A DNA stretch of 22,684 bases from a virus (lineage: Duplodnaviria > Heunggongvirae > Uroviricota > Caudoviricetes): positions 1 through 22,684 of the IMG/VR virus record IMGVR_UViG_2711768076_000014, one strand, 5' to 3'. The translations under genes and the position numbers were made by a program. Under the pieces are notes generated by a model that was not told the origin of the DNA, ran no database searches, and saw only the letters and a list, made by a program, of their open reading frames with translations. This document shows, piece by piece, positions 1-11,262 of the stretch. Numbering within the stretch: position 1 is the first letter of the stretch; every line of letters starts with the position of its first letter.

Positions 1-981
1 ATGAACGCAATAATATCGCCCGATTATTACTATGTTCTTACCGTTGCTGGTCAGTCTAATGCCATGGCGTATGGCGAAGGACTGCCATTACCGGACAGGG
101 AAGATGCGCCTCATCCCAGAATTAAACAATTAGCGAGATTTGCGCATACGCATCCCGGAGGCCCGTCATGTCACTTTAACGACATTATTCCACTGACTCA
201 CTGCCCACACGATGTTCAGGATATGCAGGGTTATCACCATCCTCTGGCAACGAATCATCAAACACAGTACGGCACCGTTGGCCAGGCACTGCATATTGCA
301 CGGAAATTACTACCCTTTATTCCTGATAATGCAGGGGTTCTCATCGTTCCATGTTGCCGTGGCGGATCGGCTTTTACCGCGGGCAGCGAAGGGACATATT
401 CAGAACGGCACGGAGCCAGCCATGATGCTTGTCGTTGGGGAACGGATACTCCGCTGTACCAGGATTTAGTCAGCAGAACGCGAGCCGCACTGGCAAAAAA
501 TCCGCAGAACAAATTCCTCGGCGTATGCTGGATGCAAGGCGAATTTGACTTAATGACCAGTGACTACGCGTCACACCCTCAACACTTTAATCATATGGTT
601 GAAGCCTTTCGTAGGGATCTAAAACAATACCATTCTCAGCTTAATAATATTACTGACGCACCGTGGTTTTGCGGCGATACCACCTGGTACTGGAAAGAAA
701 ATTTCCCTCATGCGTATGAAGTTATTTATGGCAATTATCAAAATAATGTTTTAGCCAATATTATTTTCGTCTACTTCCAGCAACAAGGTGAAAGAGGACT
801 GACGAACGCGCCTGATGAAGATCCGGACGATTTAAGCACGGGATATTACGGTTCAGCGTACCGGTCACCGGAGAACTGGACGACGGCACTGCGAAGCAGT
901 CATTTCAACACGGCAGCCCGTCGGGGGATTATTTCTGACAGGTTTGTAGAAGCAATTTTGCAGTTTTGGCGCGAAAAGTGA
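1..981 (+). CDS. nanS: Sialate O-acetylesterase (SGNH-type), NanS/YjhS-like, 326 aa
   Basis: Full ORF with ATG at position 1; N-terminal GQSNAMAYGEG resembles the SGNH/GDS catalytic serine block; sequence matches my recollection of E. coli YjhS/NanS (326 aa). Likely conserved chromosomal flank. Confidence 0.75.
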   Translation: MNAIISPDYYYVLTVAGQSNAMAYGEGLPLPDREDAPHPRIKQLARFAHTHPGGPSCHFNDIIPLTHCPHDVQDMQGYHHPLATNHQTQYGTVGQALHIARKLLPFIPDNAGVLIVPCCRGGSAFTAGSEGTYSERHGASHDACRWGTDTPLYQDLVSRTRAALAKNPQNKFLGVCWMQGEFDLMTSDYASHPQHFNHMVEAFRRDLKQYHSQLNNITDAPWFCGDTTWYWKENFPHAYEVIYGNYQNNVLANIIFVYFQQQGERGLTNAPDEDPDDLSTGYYGSAYRSPENWTTALRSSHFNTAARRGIISDRFVEAILQFWREK

Positions 982-988
982 GCGTTCA

Positions 989-1639
989 TTAATTTGATTT
1001 ATTCGCATCCATCAACGCTTTTAACTCCTCCGGCGTAAACGGTGGTTTGCGTCGGTGCAGCATCGCATGGCAATTAGGGCACACAGGAAGCAAATCATTA
1101 ACTGGATCCAGCTGGTAATCCTCTTTAATGGCTGAAAGCGGCACCAGGTGATGCACATGGATAAAGCCTTCAGCGATATCACCATAGATCTTCACCAGAT
1201 CAACGCCGCATACGTTGCATTGGCATCCATGATGTTCGACCGCTTTATCTCGGGCCTTTTTATCGCGTTCATAGCGGTTTACTGTCACCTTTATCGCCGC
1301 ACCTTCAACGTAGGTCCCCTGCGACGGCAGCTCATCCGGGAACAGAACGTCGGCTATGGGAGCCGCAGCGGCTTTATCCTGATGAATATGAAATCCCTGC
1401 TCTATGAGTAGCTTGACACATTTAGATTTTATTCCGCCGGTGAAATCCGCAGGGGTAAATTGCGTCCCCGTCATCAATGTCGCTGCGATGCCAGCAATCG
1501 CCTTCGAGGGATAACGTCGGCCATGATATTCAATTTCATACAACCGTGCAGGCTGGAACTGATGAGTTTCTCCCGCATCCCATAAATGAATAGCTTCGAT
1601 GATATACCGCCGCGGAAGATGATCGGGGAGTTTATTCAT
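989..1639 (-). CDS. McrA-like HNH endonuclease with an unassigned N-terminal domain (putative modification-dependent restriction enzyme), 216 aa
   Basis: C-terminal CQCNVCG...HVHHLVPLS...PVCPNCHAMLH resembles the EcoKMcrA HNH/zinc-finger core as I recall it; SD-like AAGGA upstream of ATG; stop lies 7 bp from the nanS stop (convergent). Confidence 0.6.
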   Translation of the reverse strand: MNKLPDHLPRRYIIEAIHLWDAGETHQFQPARLYEIEYHGRRYPSKAIAGIAATLMTGTQFTPADFTGGIKSKCVKLLIEQGFHIHQDKAAAAPIADVLFPDELPSQGTYVEGAAIKVTVNRYERDKKARDKAVEHHGCQCNVCGVDLVKIYGDIAEGFIHVHHLVPLSAIKEDYQLDPVNDLLPVCPNCHAMLHRRKPPFTPEELKALMDANKSN

Positions 1640-1718
1640 AGAGAATGTCCTTATACGTTCTCAGAACAAGCAGCAAAAAAACAAATGAGATCAAAGTAAT
1701 ATATCTTCACTTGCAGGC

Positions 1719-1952
1719 TTGAACAGCAGAAAATTTGCGAGCATGATCGCAATTATTTCACTGCCAGGGATATCAATGGCTTCCAGTAAATCGCTACAGC
1801 AGGCAATTGCCAATATAAAAATCTGGCATAAGGGTGAACAGCGCGCACCGCATAAACCATTGTTATTGCTATACGTATTAGCGGGATACCTGAATGGACA
1901 TCCACGCCTTTTCGATTATTGTAGTGGAACAGTCTACGAGGATGCAGTTTGA
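1719..1952 (+). CDS. Hypothetical small protein (77 aa), possible gene remnant
   Basis: ORF only, in the 640-bp gap between the HNH gene start and abiEii stop; no clear SD; coding status uncertain. Confidence 0.15.
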   Translation: MNSRKFASMIAIISLPGISMASSKSLQQAIANIKIWHKGEQRAPHKPLLLLYVLAGYLNGHPRLFDYCSGTVYEDAV

Positions 1953-2017
1953 AGTGAGTAAGTAAAGGTTGCTGGAAACGATCAATGCCGCCATACAATG
2001 ATATTTGAGGATCAACA

Positions 2018-2203
2018 ATGAGTAATAAAAACTACGAAAGTCACCGCAAAGCGATTGTTAGTAAAGGTATACCACCCGCTCTATTAAATAGGCTCACCAA
2101 TTCGGATGTTCAGGTGATCAATACCTTCTTAACACGAGTGAGCAAACTGGAACTATCTCAACAAGAGAAAGACTGGATCATAAAAATCATCTCTATGGTT
2201 TAG
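2018..2203 (+). CDS. Hypothetical small protein (61 aa)
   Basis: ORF preceded by GAGGA about 6 nt before the ATG; no recognisable motif. Confidence 0.25.
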   Translation: MSNKNYESHRKAIVSKGIPPALLNRLTNSDVQVINTFLTRVSKLELSQQEKDWIIKIISMV

Positions 2204-2282
2204 AGAATTTCAGAATTTCAAGTAAAGACAATGCTGCATATCAAGCATTCAGGATGGCTAGCGCTAAGCTCCTAAACCTGGA

Positions 2283-3188
2283 TTAAGCCTCATCCCATGT
2301 GATCTTTCGCTCTCCATACACCATTGGCGAAACAAACTGCTGATAGCGCATCTCGTAGAGAGGATTGTTCGCCAACTCATCCAGTCCCATTTTTAGCTCA
2401 TCAACTGGAGACGCGCAAAACTGCGGGTACTGGTTGCCGTAACGCTGAATGTCCTGCTCAATAGTTTGTTGAACAAAATCAACGAGCAGACTCATATCAA
2501 CATGACTCGTCTCAACAATACAGTTTGTATCGTAGATATGACGTACCAGCGATGCATCATCAAATCGCTCAACATCTCGCACAACTGCCGCAGTACGACG
2601 TAACATCGCCACCAGCTTTTCTGCCTGTGTGCTAATGATAGTTGCGCATGGAAACGCTGAAACAATAGCCGCTTTTCCCGTGATCCCTGTTACCAGTGAA
2701 TGAATATCCCGTAATTCAGAAGGCTCCAGTAACTTCGCTTCCATCAATTCCAGCCGGATAAAAGGACGCAAACAAGGTGCCTGCACTACTCGCTGTGGAT
2801 AACGAACAGGTATGTCATTATAACGATATTCATCCCGCGTCACTTTTGGGTAATCATCATCAAAATTGAACACACCCGATGAAGCTATTGCACTGGAAAC
2901 TGCCTGAACAATTTCTTTACGGGTATTTTTTCGCTGAGTGCGGGAAAGTGCCTGAAATGCATCCTTAGGCACCAGTTTGATATCCACATCTTCCGACATG
3001 CGATTAAGTGCGACACCTGATTTTGCCAGAGCGGTTCCTCCGGCAAACACCAATTGATGAGTATCGAACACCAGAGGTTTAAGCAATTGCAAAAGCTCAA
3101 CGATATAGTGATCTTTTTCCACAATTGCGACAGACTCAATACCAAGCGCGTCAGCCACTTCAGAAAAAAGAGTGGTTAAATCATCCAT
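2283..3188 (-). CDS. AbiEii/AbiGii-family nucleotidyltransferase toxin (type IV TA / abortive infection), 301 aa
   Basis: N-terminal FAGGTALAKSG...RMSEDVDI fits the GS...D.D nucleotidyltransferase motif of the AbiEii/DUF1814 family; start overlaps the upstream wHTH gene stop by 8 bp. Confidence 0.7.
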   Translation of the reverse strand: MDDLTTLFSEVADALGIESVAIVEKDHYIVELLQLLKPLVFDTHQLVFAGGTALAKSGVALNRMSEDVDIKLVPKDAFQALSRTQRKNTRKEIVQAVSSAIASSGVFNFDDDYPKVTRDEYRYNDIPVRYPQRVVQAPCLRPFIRLELMEAKLLEPSELRDIHSLVTGITGKAAIVSAFPCATIISTQAEKLVAMLRRTAAVVRDVERFDDASLVRHIYDTNCIVETSHVDMSLLVDFVQQTIEQDIQRYGNQYPQFCASPVDELKMGLDELANNPLYEMRYQQFVSPMVYGERKITWDEA

Positions 3189-3576
3189 TTAATCTGCTGT
3201 TCCCTACAGATAATACGCGTTTAAAACGCCGGGGGGTTTTTATCTCGGGTGAAGCTGGGATCTGCGTAGAAGTACCGCTATTGTATGCCTGCGTTGCGCC
3301 AGCAAAACGATAGCGTACTTTCAGGCGTTCCAGCGTTTCGACAATCACCGCTGAAGAGCCTCCGGGAGCCGCTGGCATTACCTTGCCTGTAATACCGTTC
3401 CGCCGTGCTTTGGTATACACGCCATAACCAACCTTCAACAGTTGCCCTTCCCTGACAAGCTCGCGCAATACCCGACCAACCTGATCGTAGCCTGCAATAT
3501 CTTTAAAGTCGTCACGAGTGAATACGTAACGTTTAGAACGTTTCAGTCGTGACTGAATGCGTGCTTTTATCGTCAT
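3181..3576 (-). CDS. AbiEi-like antitoxin / winged-HTH transcriptional regulator (about 131 aa from the ATG with SD)
   Basis: MTIKARIQSRLKRSKRYVFTRDDF...VGRVLRELVREGQLLKVGYGVY resembles the AbiEi N-terminal wHTH; GGAGG sits 5 nt before the ATG ending at 3576; the six-frame ORF extends to 3645 but the upstream in-frame ATGs lack an SD. Confidence 0.6.
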   Translation of the reverse strand: MTIKARIQSRLKRSKRYVFTRDDFKDIAGYDQVGRVLRELVREGQLLKVGYGVYTKARRNGITGKVMPAAPGGSSAVIVETLERLKVRYRFAGATQAYNSGTSTQIPASPEIKTPRRFKRVLSVGNSRLNG

Positions 3577-3603
3577 ATTCGCCTCCAGAGTCATTGCATA
3601 AAG

Positions 3604-3646
3604 AGTAGCAAAAATACGACATTTTAGATAGCAAACATACGACATT
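3604..3646 (-). promoter_or_regulatory. Two tandem 20-bp direct repeats (period 23 bp) upstream of abiEi; putative operator/promoter
   Basis: Plus-strand agtagcaaaaatacgacatt (3604-3623) and gatagcaaacatacgacatt (3627-3646) match at 18 of 20 positions, immediately upstream of the SD-supported abiEi start. Confidence 0.4.
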
Positions 3647-4479
3647 CATTTTGCTGATAACGCTGACGGAAAGTGCTTCGCCACGATATCATTCATCTTA
3701 TCCACCAGATCCAGTCGCTTGAAAGTGATATGCCCACTGCCTTTCTGGTAATAGCGGATGACAAATAAATCGTCATCAAATACCTGTTCATGCGGGTGAG
3801 CACTAACGAAGTCCATAAACCGAATCGCAACATCATGCCGGTTATCGGGAATGGCCTTCCCATCCAGCAGATAGAACATACGCTCCAGATCGGCAAGCTG
3901 ATCTCGCCGCCAGCCCCAGTTCAGGCTGTAGCCCCATCTGTCATGCTTCACCAGATTGTTAACGATAATCTTCTTACCGAAATAACAGGGATTATTGGTT
4001 TTGTAGTCCCAGCTCAATCCCTTAAATACATTGATAACCCCACGTTCGAAAACGTCCTGCTTATTGTGGTGAAGTTGTTCAAAGGTACTCAGAATGTTGG
4101 CTTCGCTAATCGCCGGGAGATCGCCCTCTTCCAGGTTCTTTGCCCACTGACTGCGGGCTTCGGCATCCATCAGAGTCAACATCCCAGACTTCAGCATGAG
4201 ATCGCGCCAGATGCTGCGATCGATATTTCGGGTGATCACCGGCATCGCTTTGTCGGTTGGCTGCATCAGCCAGCAGTCAAAGGCATATCCATTTCGCATT
4301 GCCCAGGTTCCAGCCACATCACCGCCAATACTGGATGTCAGGCTGGAGATATCATCAAGTTTTTGGATTAACGCCGCTATCTGGTTCAGTGCACTATCAC
4401 GTCCTGTGACGATACGCTCGATACTGGTCGAGCAAATTAGTTCGTTATGATCGGTTAAGACTTCAGCTTCTGTCTGCAT
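3646..4479 (-). CDS. Hypothetical protein, 277 aa, no family assignable
   Basis: Long ORF filling the space between the hsdM divergent promoter region and the abiE operator; no catalytic motif recognised. Confidence 0.6.
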   Translation of the reverse strand: MQTEAEVLTDHNELICSTSIERIVTGRDSALNQIAALIQKLDDISSLTSSIGGDVAGTWAMRNGYAFDCWLMQPTDKAMPVITRNIDRSIWRDLMLKSGMLTLMDAEARSQWAKNLEEGDLPAISEANILSTFEQLHHNKQDVFERGVINVFKGLSWDYKTNNPCYFGKKIIVNNLVKHDRWGYSLNWGWRRDQLADLERMFYLLDGKAIPDNRHDVAIRFMDFVSAHPHEQVFDDDLFVIRYYQKGSGHITFKRLDLVDKMNDIVAKHFPSALSAK

Positions 4480-4784
4480 AATCTTTCATCCGTAAAAAAT
4501 ACACTCGCCGTTAGTAGCAGACGAATTATCCACTGGTGAAAGATTGGGTAAATAATGAGATTGAAAATCGGGAAGGTGACTCGCAATAAATTATCTGATC
4601 ACCTACGGATGGGCGATGGGCATATAAAGTAGCCTCCTGACTCAAGCGGTGAATGCTGAGTAAGATGCACTAACAATCTGGTACTGAATCCCCTCCTCAC
4701 CGTCATACAAATCTGAAAAACCAAACAACTTCCGGTAAAATCCCGGCAAAAGCCGACGTTAAAAACACATTCAAAGGATAAAAA

Positions 4785-6337
4785 ATGACCAGTCTTCAGC
4801 AGCGCGCGGAGCTTCATCGCCAAATCTGGCAAATTGCTAACGATGTCAGAGGTTCGGTCGATGGATGGGATTTTAAGCAATACGTTCTGGGCGCGCTTTT
4901 CTACCGTTTTATCAGCGAAAATTTTTCCAGCTATATTGAAGCCGGTGATGACAGTATCTGTTATGCGAAACTGGATGACAGCGTAATTACTGATGACATT
5001 AAAGACGATGCCATCAAAACTAAAGGCTACTTCATCTACCCCAGTCAGCTTTTCTGCAACGTAGCTGCGAAAGCAAATACTAATGACAGACTGAATGCAG
5101 ATTTAAACAGCATCTTCGTTGCTATCGAAAGTTCTGCTTACGGTTATCCTTCAGAAGCTGACATCAAAGGTTTGTTTGCTGATTTCGATACCACCAGTAA
5201 CCGCCTGGGTAACACCGTTAAAGATAAAAATGCCCGCCTGGCTGCGGTTCTGAAAGGGGTTGAAGGGTTAAAACTTGGTGACTTCAACGAACATCAGATT
5301 GACCTGTTCGGTGATGCCTATGAGTTCCTGATTTCTAACTATGCGGCAAATGCCGGTAAGTCAGGCGGTGAGTTCTTTACACCGCAGCACGTCTCCAAGC
5401 TGATTGCACAACTGGCTATGCACGGGCAGACCCACGTTAACAAAATCTACGACCCGGCAGCGGGTTCCGGCTCACTGTTGTTGCAGGCGAAAAAACAGTT
5501 TGATAACCATATCATCGAAGAAGGCTTTTTCGGTCAGGAAATCAACCATACGACCTATAACCTGGCGCGTATGAACATGTTTTTGCACAACATCAACTAC
5601 GACAAGTTTGATATCAAGCTTGGCAATACGCTGACTGAACCGCACTTCAGAGATGAAAAACCGTTTGATGCCATCGTTTCTAACCCGCCGTATTCGGTGA
5701 AATGGATTGGCAGCGATGACCCGACGCTGATTAACGATGAGCGTTTTGCCCCGGCTGGCGTTCTGGCCCCCAAATCCAAAGCTGACTTTGCGTTTGTATT
5801 ACATGCGCTGAACTATCTTTCGGCCAAAGGTCGTGCTGCGATTGTCTGCTTCCCGGGTATTTTTTACCGTGGCGGCGCAGAGCAGAAAATCCGTCAGTAT
5901 CTGGTCGATAATAACTATGTCGAAACCGTAATTTCACTGGCTCCGAACCTGTTCTTTGGCACCACCATTGCCGTAAACATTCTGGTTCTGTCCAAACATA
6001 AAACGGATACCAACGTTCAGTTTATTGATGCCAGCGAACTGTTCAAAAAAGAGACCAACAACAATATCCTGACCGATGCCCATATCGAACAAATTATGCA
6101 GGTATTCACCAGCAAGGAAGATGTTGCTCATCTGGCAAAATCTGTCGCGTTTGAAGCCGTTGTAGCGAATGACTATAACCTGTCGGTGAGCAGCTATGTA
6201 GAATCGAAAGATAACCGCGAAATTATCGATATTGCTGAGCTGAATGCAGAACTGAAAACTACGGTCAGCAAAATCGACCAGTTGCGTAAAGATATCGACT
6301 CAATTGTGGCAGAGATTGAAGGTGACGAGGTGCAGGG

Positions 6338-6341
<4 letters not shown>
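4785..6341 (+). CDS. hsdM: Type I restriction-modification N6-adenine DNA methyltransferase subunit HsdM, 518 aa
   Basis: SAM-binding [10 protein letters not shown] and catalytic NPPY ([12 protein letters not shown]); N-terminal HsdM-type domain; 4-bp ATGA overlap with hsdS. Confidence 0.9.
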
Positions 6342-7543
<1,202 letters not shown>

Positions 7544-7665
7544 TTGACCATTGCTACCGATCGGGCCACCTTAACACCCGGTCAGTATATAGACTATTTT
7601 TTTACGCGCCGGAAGTCACTCTTAACGCCCTTCCGGCTCTTGCCAGGCGGCACAAAGGATGCGCT

Positions 7666-10600
7666 ATGACTCATCAAACACACACCATTGCTGAATCCAA
7701 TAACTTTATCGTCCTTGATAAGTACATCAAAGCTGAGCAAACAAGCGACAGCTACCAGAGCGAATCGGACCTGGAACGTGAACTGATTCAGGACCTGCGG
7801 AATCAGGGTTATGAATTTATTTCGGTAAAATCACAGTCAGCGATGCAGGCCAACGTTCGGGAACAGCTTCAGAGCCTCAATGGTGTGGTGTTTAATGACA
7901 GCGAGTGGCGGCGTTTCACGGAGCAGTATCTGGATAACCCGAGCGATGGCATTCTGGATAAGACCCGTAAAATCCATATCGACTATATTTGCGACTTTAT
8001 TTTTGATGACGAGCGTCTTGAGAACATCTATTTGATAGATAAAAAGAATCTCATGCGCAATAAGGTGCAGATTATCCAGCAGTTTGAGCAGGCGGGTTCT
8101 CATGCTAACCGTTATGACGTCACGATCCTGGTTAATGGCTTACCACTGGTACAAATCGAACTGAAAAAGCGCGGCGTGGCGATTCGTGAGGCTTTCAACC
8201 AGATACATCGTTACAGTAAAGAGAGTTTTAACAGCGAAAATTCCCTGTTTAAGTATCTGCAACTGTTTGTCATTTCTAACGGCACCGATACCCGTTACTT
8301 TGCCAACACCACAAAGCGCGATAAAAACAGTTTTGACTTCACCATGAACTGGGCGAAATCAGACAACACGCTGATTAAAGACCTCAAAGATTTTACCGCT
8401 ACCTTTTTCCAGAAACATACTCTGCTTAATGTTCTGGTGAACTACAGCGTGTTCGATATTAGCCAGACGCTACTGGTGATGCGACCGTACCAGATTGCCG
8501 CTACCGAACGGATCTTATGGAAAATCAACAGTTCCTATAAAGCGAAAAACTGGTCTAACCCCGAAAGCGGTGGCTTTATCTGGCACACTACCGGTTCCGG
8601 TAAAACACTGACCAGCTTTAAAGCCGCGCGCCTGGCAACAGAACTGGACTTTATTGATAAAGTCTTCTTTGTGGTCGACAGGAAAGACCTCGATTACCAG
8701 ACGATGAAGGAATATCAGCGTTTTTCCCCAGACAGCGTCAACGGCTCGGAAAATACCGCAGGCCTTAAACGAAATCTGGATAAGGACGATAACAAAATTA
8801 TCGTCACCACTATTCAGAAACTTAATAACCTGATGAAAGCAGAAAGCGACCTGCCTGTATACAATCAGCAAGTGGTGTTTATATTTGATGAATGTCACCG
8901 CAGCCAGTTTGGAGAAGCGCAGAAAAATCTGAAGAAGAAATTCAAACGCTATTATCAGTTTGGTTTTACCGGCACACCTATTTTCCCGGAAAACGCTTTA
9001 GGCTCAGAAACGACCGCCAGCGTATTTGGTCGTGAATTGCATTCATATGTGATTACCGATGCGATTCGTGATGAAAAAGTGCTCAAATTCAAGGTGGACT
9101 ATAACGATGTGCGGCCCCAGTTTAAATCTTTAGAGACAGAAACCGACGAGAAAAAACTGAGTGCGGCTGAAAATCAGCAGGCGTTTCTTCATCCCATGCG
9201 TATACAGGAAATTACGCAATATATTCTGAATAACTTCCGCCAGAAGACCCACCGTACTTTCCCAGGTTCCAAAGGCTTTAATGCCATGCTGGCAGTGAGT
9301 AGCGTGGATGCCGCGAAAGCCTATTACGCGACGTTTAAACGGTTACAAGAGGAAGCAGCTAATAAATCGGCTACCTATAAACCGCTGCGTGTTGCGACAA
9401 TCTTCTCCTTTGCCGCCAATGAAGAACAAAATGCCATTGGTGAAATTTCCGATGAAACTTTTGATACCAGCGCAATGGACAGCAGTGCTAAAGAGTTTCT
9501 TGACGCTGCAATTCGTGAGTATAACAGCTATTTTAAAACTAACTTCAGCACCGACAGTAACGGTTTTCAGAACTACTATCGTGATTTAGCCCAACGGGTT
9601 AAAAATCAGGATATCGATCTGTTAATTGTCGTTGGGATGTTTTTAACCGGCTTCGACGCTCCAACATTGAACACGCTATTCGTCGATAAAAACTTGCGTT
9701 TTCACGGCCTGATGCAGGCATTCTCCCGCACCAACCGCATTTATAACGCCACTAAAACCTTCGGTAACATCGTCACTTTCCGGGATCTGGAACGCTCAAC
9801 CATTGATGCCATAACGCTGTTTGGTGATAAAAATACCAAAAATGTAGTGTTAGAAAAGAGTTATGCAGAGTATATGGAAGGCTTTACTGATGCTGCCACT
9901 GGTGAAGCTAAACGCGGCTTTATGGCAGTAGTTTCAGAACTGGAACAACGGTTCCCTGACCCTGCCAGTATTGAAAGTGAAAAAGAGAAGAAAGACTTCG
10001 TTAAACTGTTTGGTGAATACCTGCGTGCCGAGAACATCCTGCAAAACTATGATGAATTTGCCACGCTGAAAGCCCTGCAACAAATCGATCTTAGCGATCC
10101 TGTTGCGGTAGAAAAATTCAAAGAAGAACATTATGTGGATGATGAAAAGTTCGCTGAATTACAAACGATTCGTCTCCCTGCTGAACGCAAGATTCAGGAT
10201 TATCGTTCTGCCTATAACGATATTCGTGACTGGCAGCGCCGCGAGAAAGAGGCTGGCAAAAAAGAAAAGTTAACTACTGACTGGGATGACGTGGTTTTTG
10301 AAATCGATTTGCTGAAGTCTCAGGAAATAAACCTGGATTATATCCTTGGACTGATTTTCGAACACAACAGACAAAACAAAGGTAAGGGCGAAATGACCGA
10401 AGAGGTCAAGCGCTTAATTCGTTCGAGCCTTGGGAACCGTGCCAAAGAAGGTCTGGTGGTCGATTTTATTCAACAAACAAACCTGGATGATTTGCCGGAT
10501 AAAGCCAGCATCATTGACGCGTTTTTTACCTTTGCTCAACGCGAACAGCAACGTGAAGCAGAAGCATTGATCAAAGAAGAAAATCTCAATGAAGAGGCGG

Positions 10601-10782
10601 CGAAACGCTATATTCGCACGTCTTTAAAACGCGAATACGCCACCGAAAATGGCACGGAATTAAACGAGACATTGCCAAAACTCAGTCCGTTAAATCCGCA
10701 ATATAAGACGAAAAAACAGACGGTTTTCCAGAAGATCGTCGCGTTTATTGAGAAGTTTAAAGGTGTAGGCGGGCAGATATAA
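7666..10782 (+). CDS. hsdR: Type I R-M restriction subunit HsdR (helicase-nuclease), 1038 aa, EcoR124-like
   Basis: Endonuclease-type D...ELK block ([20 protein letters not shown]), Walker A TGSGKT, DECH box ([10 protein letters not shown]); length and N-terminus [20 protein letters not shown] match my recollection of EcoR124I HsdR; separated from hsdS by 122 bp, suggesting its own promoter. Confidence 0.9.
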   Translation: MTHQTHTIAESNNFIVLDKYIKAEQTSDSYQSESDLERELIQDLRNQGYEFISVKSQSAMQANVREQLQSLNGVVFNDSEWRRFTEQYLDNPSDGILDKTRKIHIDYICDFIFDDERLENIYLIDKKNLMRNKVQIIQQFEQAGSHANRYDVTILVNGLPLVQIELKKRGVAIREAFNQIHRYSKESFNSENSLFKYLQLFVISNGTDTRYFANTTKRDKNSFDFTMNWAKSDNTLIKDLKDFTATFFQKHTLLNVLVNYSVFDISQTLLVMRPYQIAATERILWKINSSYKAKNWSNPESGGFIWHTTGSGKTLTSFKAARLATELDFIDKVFFVVDRKDLDYQTMKEYQRFSPDSVNGSENTAGLKRNLDKDDNKIIVTTIQKLNNLMKAESDLPVYNQQVVFIFDECHRSQFGEAQKNLKKKFKRYYQFGFTGTPIFPENALGSETTASVFGRELHSYVITDAIRDEKVLKFKVDYNDVRPQFKSLETETDEKKLSAAENQQAFLHPMRIQEITQYILNNFRQKTHRTFPGSKGFNAMLAVSSVDAAKAYYATFKRLQEEAANKSATYKPLRVATIFSFAANEEQNAIGEISDETFDTSAMDSSAKEFLDAAIREYNSYFKTNFSTDSNGFQNYYRDLAQRVKNQDIDLLIVVGMFLTGFDAPTLNTLFVDKNLRFHGLMQAFSRTNRIYNATKTFGNIVTFRDLERSTIDAITLFGDKNTKNVVLEKSYAEYMEGFTDAATGEAKRGFMAVVSELEQRFPDPASIESEKEKKDFVKLFGEYLRAENILQNYDEFATLKALQQIDLSDPVAVEKFKEEHYVDDEKFAELQTIRLPAERKIQDYRSAYNDIRDWQRREKEAGKKEKLTTDWDDVVFEIDLLKSQEINLDYILGLIFEHNRQNKGKGEMTEEVKRLIRSSLGNRAKEGLVVDFIQQTNLDDLPDKASIIDAFFTFAQREQQREAEALIKEENLNEEAAKRYIRTSLKREYATENGTELNETLPKLSPLNPQYKTKKQTVFQKIVAFIEKFKGVGGQI

Positions 10783-10964
10783 TGTATTAATCCGAACCTG
10801 ATCTGGCAGATAGCTGTCAGATCAGGACTGAGCTAATACAAATTAATATCGAACCGAAAATACCAACGCCTGTACCAACATTTTTCGTTTGCGATGGGTT
10901 GGAATTGGTTAGCCCTGAGAGAGTTAAAATAGCGAGAAAGATAGGTAACTAACGGATTTCAGAC

Positions 10965-10992
10965 ACAAAAAAAGCCGCTCTTGAGCGGCTCG
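10965..10992 (-). terminator. Rho-independent terminator downstream of the retron RT gene
   Basis: Stem agccgctc / gagcggct with ttga loop, followed on the minus strand by a run of 7 or more U; sits between convergent hsdR and RT genes. Confidence 0.55.
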
Positions 10993-11006
10993 ATTTGCAT
11001 ACGATG

Positions 11007-11022
11007 TGGTGCGAAGGCCGGA
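11007..11022. other. Degenerate att-like copy of the leuX tRNA 3' end (putative distal attachment site of the P4-like element)
   Basis: tggtgcgaaggccgga matches the reverse complement of the leuX 3' end (TGGTGCCGAAGGCCGGA, recalled from memory) with one 1-nt deletion; P4 is known to integrate at leuX. Confidence 0.3.
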
Positions 11023-11262
11023 ATAGAATAACTATATAACTCATTGAACATGATGATAAAAATTTTATAGCTTATGACTTGTGCCCCATTTTGTGCCCCC
11101 AACAAAATCTTATTGTTGCTAACTAGCACAATAAATGAATTAGCAAGATAGAGTTGCCTAGTTAGGTTCCGTCTTACAGAGCCTAACCAGAACAACCAAA
11201 CCTCTGAACCAACCTTGCGCAAGCTAGATAAAGTCATGCTGATTTATTAGGACAACAAGCTA

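Noticed and set aside
212-512. Overlapping 84-85 aa ORFs within nanS
   Set aside because: Alternative frames inside a well-supported CDS.
1148-1411. 87-aa plus-strand ORF
   Set aside because: Antisense to the HNH endonuclease gene, which is supported by motifs.
3790-4371. 193-aa plus-strand ORF
   Set aside because: Antisense to the 277-aa gene, no SD; the minus-strand frame is longer.
7544-7665. Possible prrC-like anticodon nuclease between hsdS and hsdR
   Set aside because: The gap is only 122 bp with no ORF; it holds a hairpin and likely the hsdR promoter.
10959-11237. 92-aa minus-strand ORF
   Set aside because: Overlaps the terminator hairpin and the att-like sequence in an intergenic region; no SD; likely spurious.
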